Virus record (IMG/VR): IMGVR_UViG_3300044724_003024
Location: 1 to 24,705 of that record
Reading direction: 5' to 3' (one strand)
From: a virus
Lineage: Duplodnaviria > Caudoviricetes
DNA: 24,705 nt
A program made the translations under genes and the position numbers. The notes under the pieces are model-generated. The model was given only the letters and a program-made list of their open reading frames with translations, was not told the DNA's origin and did no database searches. Shown here one piece after another: positions 7,024 to 14,404 of this stretch. Numbering within the stretch: the first letter of the stretch is position 1; each line of letters starts with the position of its first letter.

Positions 7024-7442
7024 ACGTTCCCGAGTACATCATCCTGCATACGCTCGCCTTTGATGGTGAGGCAGGTATTGATCGGGTCCGGCGTTGGCAT
7101 CTCGACAAGGGATGGTCTGACGTTGGATATCACTACCTGATACGCAGGAGCGGTGCGCTCGAAACAGGAAGGGCAGAGGACGAGCAAGGCGCTCACGCTC
7201 TCGGATACAATAACCGTAGCATAGGCATAGCCTTTGAGGGTCACGGAGACCACGAGATGTGGACGCTGCCGCAGGTCTTGCGTGCTGTCAAACTGTGCGA
7301 CCGCCTGACGGAGGTGTACGGCATACCGCCACACAACATACTGGGACACCGGGAGACAGGAGCCAAGAAAACCTGCCCCGGCACCAAGATCGACATGGAC
7401 GCTTTCCGCGCCCTGTTCTTCATGCTATTACCAGAGGACTGA
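7020..7442 (+). CDS. Endolysin, N-acetylmuramoyl-L-alanine amidase (Amidase_2, T7 lysozyme-like)
   Basis: Zn-amidase motifs IILHT, GWSDVGYHYLI, GAHALGYN..SIGI, GHRE, KTCPG. Confidence 0.92.
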   Translation: MNVPEYIILHTLAFDGEAGIDRVRRWHLDKGWSDVGYHYLIRRSGALETGRAEDEQGAHALGYNNRSIGIAFEGHGDHEMWTLPQVLRAVKLCDRLTEVYGIPPHNILGHRETGAKKTCPGTKIDMDAFRALFFMLLPED

Positions 7443-7591
7443 TGCCAATAGTAAAGAAGCCTGACGGGTGGTACTGGGGAAGTCAGGGACCATTCGACAC
7501 ACGAGAAGAAGCCGAGCGGGTAGCACGAGCGGCATACGCCAACGGCTACGGTGCAGGCGAAGAACGAAAACCTATTACTCGCAAAGGATGA
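7442..7591 (+). CDS. Small phage protein (49 aa)
   Basis: MPIVKKPDGWYWGSQGPFDTREEAERVARAAYANGY...; coupled to neighbours by TGATG and ATGA overlaps. Confidence 0.65.
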   Translation: MPIVKKPDGWYWGSQGPFDTREEAERVARAAYANGYGAGEERKPITRKG

Positions 7592-8742
7592 GCAAGAGAG
7601 TAAAGATCGCTGACCTGAAGTTTGACCCTGAAAACGCTCGCGTAAGAACGGCGAAGGGCGAGGCGATGATACAGGAATCCCTACGGCAGGTCGGAGCGGC
7701 GCGATCCATCGTCATCGACGAGGACGGGATCATCCTTGCAGGGAATGGCACCGTTGAAGCAGCGGGTCAGATCGGCATCGACAACGTGGTCATCGTCGAA
7801 GCATCTGGTGATGAGATCATTGCGGTACGCCGCAAGGGACTGACCGAGGAGCAGAAGAAGAAACTGGCGTACTACGACAACCGAACAGGAGACGAAGCCG
7901 AATGGGACATGGAGCAGGTGGCTCATGACCTGTTGGGCGGGTATGACTTCCTTGACGAGTTGTTTGATGACATCCAAGTGCCAGAACCGGAGAAGGAAGG
8001 CACAGACGAATTGCCCGAAGATCCAGCCGAGGTGCTACGGGAGAAGTGGGGCGTGGAGTACGGAGACCTGTGGCAGATCGGAAACCACCGGATTATGTGC
8101 GGGGATTGCACCAGTAAAGAGGATGTCGAACTTTTGCTTAATGGATCAACGCCGGGAATGGTTTTTACGGACCCTCCATACGGTATCGATTATCAGGATG
8201 TGAAGGGGAGCCATAAGAAAATAGCAAACGACAACTCCTCTCCAGCCGCACTTATAGCAAAATCGCTTTCCATGTTTTATTCTATTCCGATATTTGCTTG
8301 CTGTAATTACAAGAGCGTCAGGGACGTAGAGGATGGACTTATATCTGCTGGCGCTCATCCGAAGTGCTGCATTGTGTGGGATAAGGGTAGCAGGACGCAA
8401 AACCTTGATCGATTTGCAAAAAGGCATGAGTTCATTCTCTACTCTGGACCCTACGGTGGACAGCGCACCGTCGATGACGATGTGTGGCAGATAAATAGGG
8501 AGGTAAGAAAAGACCACCCGACATCTAAGCCCGTCGATCTCTGCGCAAGGGCTATTGGACACATTTCATGTGATTCTGTGTACGAACCGTTTGCGGGAAG
8601 CGGTTCAACTATGGTCGCCGCCCACAACGAAGGACGTGCCTGCTACGCAATGGAGATCGACCCTGCATACGTGGCGGTATGTATTGAACGCATGGCTCAA
8701 CTCGGCTACGATCCGGACAGAATAGAAAATGACAATCAGTAA
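7588..8742 (+). CDS. ParB-like domain fused to an N6-A/N4-C DNA methyltransferase (beta class)
   Basis: N-terminal DPENAR...SIVIDEDG.ILAGNG; catalytic TDPPY precedes HPTSKP and the SAM-binding EPFAGSGST. Start set at the ATG at 7588. Confidence 0.88.
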   Translation: MSKRVKIADLKFDPENARVRTAKGEAMIQESLRQVGAARSIVIDEDGIILAGNGTVEAAGQIGIDNVVIVEASGDEIIAVRRKGLTEEQKKKLAYYDNRTGDEAEWDMEQVAHDLLGGYDFLDELFDDIQVPEPEKEGTDELPEDPAEVLREKWGVEYGDLWQIGNHRIMCGDCTSKEDVELLLNGSTPGMVFTDPPYGIDYQDVKGSHKKIANDNSSPAALIAKSLSMFYSIPIFACCNYKSVRDVEDGLISAGAHPKCCIVWDKGSRTQNLDRFAKRHEFILYSGPYGGQRTVDDDVWQINREVRKDHPTSKPVDLCARAIGHISCDSVYEPFAGSGSTMVAAHNEGRACYAMEIDPAYVAVCIERMAQLGYDPDRIENDNQ

Positions 8743-9151
8743 TAAAGGCGTAGAACTTGATTCTGGCTTTTACTCAGACCACGACCTTCTCAAATTGGTG
8801 GTCAAGATAAAAGAGAAGAAAAGCCCTGCCGTTGATTACCCGTGGCTCTTCAGCGAGTATGACAACATCCTGCAAATAGTATCAGAAACCTCTGGCGTTT
8901 CAGCCTTAACCATATTGGGCAAAAGCAGGTCCAGACCAGTTGTGATGGCTCGGTTTATCGCAACAATTCTGTGCTATGACCTCGAACACTCAAGTACTTG
9001 GACAACCGTTGCTGATTACTTTGGATCAGCGGCTAACGTTGCGCAAAAAAGGTACAAGCAGGGAATGGAGCAGATGAAACACGATGAGGGTTTCGAGACC
9101 CTGTTTAATAGATGCGCCCTTGCGTGGGTTAACAGCCCCGCCGTTGGGTAG
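8729..9151 (+). CDS. DnaA domain IV-like (Bac_DnaA_C) DNA-binding protein
   Basis: DNILQIVSETSGVSALTILGKSRSRPVVMARFIATIL...VADYFG closely follows the DnaA C-terminal consensus. Confidence 0.7.
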   Translation: MTISNKGVELDSGFYSDHDLLKLVVKIKEKKSPAVDYPWLFSEYDNILQIVSETSGVSALTILGKSRSRPVVMARFIATILCYDLEHSSTWTTVADYFGSAANVAQKRYKQGMEQMKHDEGFETLFNRCALAWVNSPAVG

Positions 9152-9178
9152 GAATCCGAAAAATCCGAACATTAAAAA

Positions 9179-9526
9179 ATGGCTTACGAAAAAGAACAGT
9201 TTATCAAGGCGATAGAGAACAGCGGAGGTTACGTCTCCCTGATCGCTGACCGCGTTGGCTGTCACATTTCGACGGTCTATGATTGGATCGAAAGAGACTC
9301 TGAAGTGGCTGCTGCTATCAAGCGCGAGAAGGTGAAGCAGGTGGACTTCGCCGAGGGGAAACTTCAGTCCTTGATAAAACAGGAAAACCCGACAGCCATC
9401 ATCTTCTACCTGAAAACGCAGGGCAAGGACCGTGGATACTACGAACACAGGACGCAGGACATCACGTCTGGCAATCAGCCCATCACAATCAACATGATTC
9501 CGGTAGATCCGCAGCATGACGATTGA
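9179..9526 (+). CDS. terS: Terminase small subunit (HTH)
   Basis: HTH IADRVGCHISTVYDWI and AIIFYLKTQGKDRGY; directly upstream of TerL. Confidence 0.75.
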   Translation: MAYEKEQFIKAIENSGGYVSLIADRVGCHISTVYDWIERDSEVAAAIKREKVKQVDFAEGKLQSLIKQENPTAIIFYLKTQGKDRGYYEHRTQDITSGNQPITINMIPVDPQHDD

Positions 9527-10670
9527 GGCGCAATATAACCGCGCCTATACGCCATTCCTCAACAGCCAAGAACGATACACCGTCTTGTTCGGCGGCGCGG
9601 GTTCTGGCAAGTCGTATTCCGTGGCTCAGAAACTTGTCCTGCGCTGCCTTGCTAATCCTAACGAGCGAATACTGGTAATTCGTAACGTATACCGAACGTG
9701 CCGGGAATCGACGTTCCGGCTCCTTGTAGAGGTCGCTGCCACATACGGCATAACGGCAGCGGCCAACCGCTCCGACCTGTCCATCACCTTCCCCAACGGA
9801 GCGCAGATCATACATGCCGGACTGGATGATCCAGAGAAACTGAAGTCTATTGCAGGCATCACCTCCGTATGGATCGAAGAAGCAAGCGAGGTCAAGGAGG
9901 ATGCCTTCCGGCAAGTGGACCTGCGACTGCGTGGCGATGTGCCAACGTACAAGCAGGTAACACTGACACTAAACCCAACCGACTCCCGCCTTTGGGTCCG
10001 GCGGTGGCTCGATGAGAACCCTGACCTGTTTGTCTTGCGCACTACGTGGCGCGACAACGCTTTTCTGGATAAACAGTACATCGACGTTTTAAAGTCGCTT
10101 CCCGAGGACCTGAGAGCCGTATACGAACGCGGAGAATGGGGCGAGGCGCTCAAGGGCGTTATTTACCCAGAGTGGAAAACACACAACGAGCAACGAGAAC
10201 CGGACTTCTACGGAATCGACTTTGGGTACAACAGCCCATCTGCCGTGGTAGCCGTGACCGTGACCGATCCCGACATCTACGTGCGGGAGGTTATTTATCA
10301 GAGCGGTCTGACAAACTCTGATCTAATTGCTGAGTTAAAGAAAGCGGTCAGCAATAAAAACCTGCCAATCTACTGCGATGCAGCCGAACCGGACCGGATC
10401 GAAGAATTGATCCGCGAAGGATTGCAGGCGTATAAAGCCGACAAGAGCGTAAAGGATGGGATCGACTTTGTTAAGCGTTACAACATCAACGTCCACGCAG
10501 GGTCGCAAAACTTACAAAACGAATTACGGGAATACCGATGGGACGAGGACCGCAAGTCTGGCGAACTGAAGGACGTTCCTCTAAAGCGGCACGACCACGC
10601 CGTTGATGCCATGCGATACGCCATCTTCACGCACCTGAAAGGCGCAACTAACACTTGGGGAGTCTGGTAA
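9516..10670 (+). CDS. terL: Terminase large subunit (PBSX/SPP1-like)
   Basis: Walker A GGAGSGKS, Walker B VWIEEA, coupling motif TLNP, nuclease motifs GIDFGY, DAAEP and DHAVDAMRY. Confidence 0.95.
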   Translation: MTIEAQYNRAYTPFLNSQERYTVLFGGAGSGKSYSVAQKLVLRCLANPNERILVIRNVYRTCRESTFRLLVEVAATYGITAAANRSDLSITFPNGAQIIHAGLDDPEKLKSIAGITSVWIEEASEVKEDAFRQVDLRLRGDVPTYKQVTLTLNPTDSRLWVRRWLDENPDLFVLRTTWRDNAFLDKQYIDVLKSLPEDLRAVYERGEWGEALKGVIYPEWKTHNEQREPDFYGIDFGYNSPSAVVAVTVTDPDIYVREVIYQSGLTNSDLIAELKKAVSNKNLPIYCDAAEPDRIEELIREGLQAYKADKSVKDGIDFVKRYNINVHAGSQNLQNELREYRWDEDRKSGELKDVPLKRHDHAVDAMRYAIFTHLKGATNTWGVW

Positions 10671-12073
10671 TGCCAAAGCCCGATTTTTATGTACTCGGAT
10701 CGTCAACGAAGGGCGTAAGCCTGAACGACCCCGAATGGCTCAATATCTTCAACCTGCATGGTCACGAACACGTAGCCAAGATGTCCCCGGCGGTAGCATG
10801 GACAGACGAGGGTTGGACGCGGCGGTGCGTAGACGTTAGGGCAAAGGCGATTGCAGCCTTGCCCTTTGTCGTTCACAAAGGAGACATGACCAACGTGGTA
10901 TGGTCCGCAGGCGAAGAAGCGCCCGAAGAACTGGCGTGGCTCGACCTGTTCGACTACCTGTACCGAGCGGAAGCATCGCTCGCTCTCGTTGGTGCTGCCT
11001 ACGCCATGAAGGAAGGCACGTTCAACAAGGACGGGATCATCACCAAAGCGGACGGGCTTTCTTGGATCAACCCCACAAGCATCTCGCCCAACTTCGAGGA
11101 TGGTAAGTACGGACCAGATGAGCAAGGCAACTTCCGTTATTACGAGCGCTCAGCCAACGAGCGCAAATTTCAGGTTCCACGCTCAAGAATCCTCGGCACT
11201 TTTCAGCCTTCGCCCTTCGTAGAGCAAGGACCGGGATCGGCAGACGCTCGCTCGGCGAATATGCACAGCCAGATCCTGCATGACCTCGCGGAATACACAA
11301 GCGGGCAGCTACGCTCGGGTCTGGTTAAAAAGACGGTCTGGGTTGCCGACAAGGACGCACGACAGCCGGACGAGTTGACGGTCAAGCGTTGGCAGCGGTG
11401 GGTACGCCGCAACATCCTCGGCACGAAGCCGACACCAGATGACCCAATGGTCATGCAAGGGCTGTCAGCGCAGGAGGTAGGCTCTGACCTGTCCGACCTG
11501 CACAGCGATGTCATCACCAGAGACGCACGAGAAGCCATCGCCTCGACGCTTGGCGTTCCGCACTCGCTCGTCATGTCTAACGCCGCCAACTACGCCACAG
11601 CGAAGAGCGATCAGTTGGCGTTTATGGCAAACACGGTTGTACCACAGGCGCGACTACTCGCTCATGCTATCAACCAACAACTGCTGATGCCGCTTGGCTA
11701 CCACCTGCAATTTGAGCCGCACAAGACGGAGGTCATGCAGCAGAGCGAGTTAGAGAAGGCGCAGGCAATCGCTCTTGCCGTAGGCGGTCCGGTGCTGTCC
11801 GTAAACGAGGGGCGCGAGTTGCTCGGGTACGAGCCGATTCAGGGACAGGACACGGTGGCAGAACAACCGCAGGAAGTCCGCTCGGCCGATACCGTATCTG
11901 ATACCAAGAACCTCGACATCCAGAGGTGGCGCACCAAGATCAGCCGCAAAGGACGGGACGTAAAGTTTACGCCGGACGCTCTGGCTGACTACGAGGCAGA
12001 TATTATCCGCGAGCGTCTGGCAACAGGCGCTGATCTGGACGAGGTGTTCAGACCGCCCTTCGTGGGTTTTTAG
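10670..12073 (+). CDS. Portal protein (HK97-like)
   Basis: Follows TerL (TAATG overlap); RCVDVRAKAIAALP, IASTLGVP, NYATA, LSVNEGRELLGYEP. Confidence 0.9.
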   Translation: MPKPDFYVLGSSTKGVSLNDPEWLNIFNLHGHEHVAKMSPAVAWTDEGWTRRCVDVRAKAIAALPFVVHKGDMTNVVWSAGEEAPEELAWLDLFDYLYRAEASLALVGAAYAMKEGTFNKDGIITKADGLSWINPTSISPNFEDGKYGPDEQGNFRYYERSANERKFQVPRSRILGTFQPSPFVEQGPGSADARSANMHSQILHDLAEYTSGQLRSGLVKKTVWVADKDARQPDELTVKRWQRWVRRNILGTKPTPDDPMVMQGLSAQEVGSDLSDLHSDVITRDAREAIASTLGVPHSLVMSNAANYATAKSDQLAFMANTVVPQARLLAHAINQQLLMPLGYHLQFEPHKTEVMQQSELEKAQAIALAVGGPVLSVNEGRELLGYEPIQGQDTVAEQPQEVRSADTVSDTKNLDIQRWRTKISRKGRDVKFTPDALADYEADIIRERLATGADLDEVFRPPFVGF

Positions 12074-12123
12074 AAGCCGACCGGAGCGAAGCCGAACCGG
12101 AAGGCACAAAGGCACTCAACCCG

Positions 12124-12897
12124 TTGGCTCGGTCACGGGCGGGATGGCGTGAACACGCAGAGGCGATGGAGCGCCTTATCGACAAGGAGGTTGATTCCTT
12201 TGTTGATGATATAGAGCGGGCTATCACAAAGCAGATCGACGCCGCCGCACGAGCGGTCCGTAACGACAGCAATATTGACGCCGCCATTGAATCGGAGCCG
12301 ATCACCGAAGTATATCAGGACGCTTGGAAGAGCGCCGCGTTGACGATCACAGGGAAGGTTTACAACGCTATCGACGCAAGCCGCAAGGAGTTTACCGACG
12401 AACAGTACACGTCATGGGAGGATAACGTTGATGAGTACCTTGCACGAAAGGGTGGCGAGCAGATTGTCCTGATCGACAACTACACAAAGGAATGGGTCCG
12501 GGCTACGGTCGCATCAGCAACGCAGCAGGCTGTCGAACTCGGTTTAGGCACAGACGATATTGCACTACTTATGAGGGATCGATGGGGCGAACTATCAAGA
12601 AACCGCGCCCTTCGGATTGCCCAAACGGAAATGAACGCCGCCGCCAACTACGGGGCGATGGAAGCCGCCACCGCCGCAGGCATGACTCGCAAGTTTTGGA
12701 TAACCGCAAGCGACCAAAGGGTACGACCAGACCCGAGGAAGAAGCCTCGTGCGGGCGATGCCAACCACCGGGTACTTGACGGTGAGGAAAGACCCATCGG
12801 GGAAGCGTTCAGCAACGGTCTCATGCAACCATCACAGGCGGGTGGTCCTGCGGGAGAGGTTATTAACTGCCGCTGTCAAATGGGCTTCTTGCCTTAA
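12124..12897 (+). CDS. Minor head/head morphogenesis protein (Mu gpF / SPP1 gp7 family)
   Basis: RALRIAQTE, KFWITASDQRVR, H..LDGE, EVINCRC. Start is uncertain (TTG 12124, ATG 12166, or frameshift from the portal). Confidence 0.88.
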   Translation: MARSRAGWREHAEAMERLIDKEVDSFVDDIERAITKQIDAAARAVRNDSNIDAAIESEPITEVYQDAWKSAALTITGKVYNAIDASRKEFTDEQYTSWEDNVDEYLARKGGEQIVLIDNYTKEWVRATVASATQQAVELGLGTDDIALLMRDRWGELSRNRALRIAQTEMNAAANYGAMEAATAAGMTRKFWITASDQRVRPDPRKKPRAGDANHRVLDGEERPIGEAFSNGLMQPSQAGGPAGEVINCRCQMGFLP

Positions 12898-12909
12898 TTA
12901 CTCAACCAC

Positions 12910-13203
12910 ATGGATCAGATAGAACAGACAGGAAAGGTGATCGAAGTCGGCAAACTGATTGCCGGAGTTATCGTCGTGTCGATGCTTGTCGGCGTAGCGA
13001 CCGCCGGGTATCGTGAAATTCCAGATCGAGTTGGTGCGGTTGAGATGGCACAGGGAAGCATCCTGACGCAAATAGGAACGATGGAGGACCGTATCGAAGC
13101 GGTAGAGCGCACCCAAGCCGAAATCAAGAAGGAATTACAACTTATCACGTGCCTGCAACTGGCAGAAGCCAGAAAATTATCTTATCAGGAGTGCATCCAA
13201 TGA
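12910..13203 (+). CDS. Membrane-anchored coiled-coil protein
   Basis: TM segment LIAGVIVVSMLVGVATA followed by a heptad-rich region. Confidence 0.65.
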   Translation: MDQIEQTGKVIEVGKLIAGVIVVSMLVGVATAGYREIPDRVGAVEMAQGSILTQIGTMEDRIEAVERTQAEIKKELQLITCLQLAEARKLSYQECIQ

Positions 13204-14060
13204 AACGAGCCGCCGCCATCATACTGCTTTGCCTTTTTGCAACTGCCGCACACGGGCAGGTGGGCATGGAGCGCGACCTATCGGGCAACCAGATCAACGC
13301 CGAGTTTTATCTGGAAGTGGCTAAAGGTGACGTTAAGAGTCACAGCGTAGTCAACAAGTTTGGCGAGGCTGACGCTATCGGTACAACGTGGACGGTCATT
13401 ACAGACAGCAAGACGTACCCAACGCCTACCGCTGCGGTGTCTCTTGAGATACTGTCCTCGTCCGATGTAGACAGCACAAGCAACGCAGGTGCGCAGCAGG
13501 TACTTATTCAGGGCATCGGTGCGGATTGGCGCGAGCAGACAGAAACGGTATCGATGCGTGGGACACAGGCGGTAGACCTTAGCAATACGTGGCTGCGCGT
13601 ATATCGTATGTACGTTGTCAGCACAAACACCTACGCCTCAACGTCAGCCAGTACCCACGCCGGGACCATAACGCTACGAGCAGACGGTGGCGGTGCTACA
13701 TGGGGCGTACTGACCAAAGACGGTGTGTTTGGCTATGGTCAGAGCCTGATCGGTGCGTATACTGTGCCGAAAGGAAAGACTGCTTTCTTGACCTCGTACT
13801 CGGCAGATGTTGAGCCAACCAAGAACGCCAACATCGCCTTCTACCAACGCTGTGGAGCGGACGATGTGGCCGAGCCATATGAACCAATGCGCTTGCAGTC
13901 GCTACACAAGGGCTTGCAGAATACGCTCGTCATAACTAACCACGTCTCACGCGGTCCCTTCGTCGGACCCTGCGACATCGGATTCTTTGCGAAGGTGTCA
14001 AACAGCACCGCCAACATCTCCCTTCAGTTTAACATTGTCCTGATAGACAATGGTGAGTGA
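13200..14060 (+). CDS. Beta-rich phage protein with an N-terminal signal peptide
   Basis: ATG at 13200 (ATGA overlap); MKRAAAIILLCLFATAAHG|Q looks like a Sec/SPI signal; the body is Ser/Thr/Gly-rich. Confidence 0.7.
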   Translation: MKRAAAIILLCLFATAAHGQVGMERDLSGNQINAEFYLEVAKGDVKSHSVVNKFGEADAIGTTWTVITDSKTYPTPTAAVSLEILSSSDVDSTSNAGAQQVLIQGIGADWREQTETVSMRGTQAVDLSNTWLRVYRMYVVSTNTYASTSASTHAGTITLRADGGGATWGVLTKDGVFGYGQSLIGAYTVPKGKTAFLTSYSADVEPTKNANIAFYQRCGADDVAEPYEPMRLQSLHKGLQNTLVITNHVSRGPFVGPCDIGFFAKVSNSTANISLQFNIVLIDNGE

Positions 14061-14208
14061 GCATGACAAAAATATCAAGAGCGTTGAGTACTTGGCTTTA
14101 ATTATAGCCGCTTACTACGCCGAACTGATACGCCTCGGCATACCGGAAGGAGAAGCCACGATCATCGCCGCAGCACTACAAGACATCATCTTTGAGGGAA
14201 TGGGATGA
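14050..14208 (+). CDS. Small hypothetical protein (52 aa, not in ORF track)
   Basis: MVSEHDKNIKSVEYLALIIAAYYAELIRLGIPEGEATIIAAALQDIIFEGMG; overlaps both neighbours. Confidence 0.6.
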   Translation: MVSEHDKNIKSVEYLALIIAAYYAELIRLGIPEGEATIIAAALQDIIFEGMG

Positions 14209-14381
14209 CCTACACCTATAAGCGAGAGGACGGTACTGTCTTTGAGCATTTCGCTTCCATCAAGAGCGCACCGCTCACCAAGTGTCCAACCACAGGGCAG
14301 AAGTGTTACATCGTCATCACAGGCGGCAGCACGACCGTATTTAAAGGCGGCGGTTGGGTAGATAAGAAAACGAACCGCTAA
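14205..14381 (+). CDS. FmdB-family zinc-ribbon-like small protein (58 aa, not in ORF track)
   Basis: MTYTYKREDGTVFEHFASIKSAPLTKCPTTGQKCYIVITGGSTTVFKGGGW follows the FmdB pattern (Y.Y...G..FE......PL..CP..G......FKG.G[FW]). Confidence 0.7.
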   Translation: MTYTYKREDGTVFEHFASIKSAPLTKCPTTGQKCYIVITGGSTTVFKGGGWVDKKTNR

Positions 14382-14404
14382 ACCATCTGATTGTATAACG
14401 GGAC

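Noticed and set aside
7468-7587. GTG-started N-terminal extension of the methyltransferase
   Set aside because: It overlaps the better small gene 7442..7591; the ATG at 7588 is coupled by ATGA.
9152-9170. Short direct repeat AATCCGAA x2 before terS (possible pac or operator site)
   Set aside because: Only two 8-nt copies; cannot be distinguished from chance.
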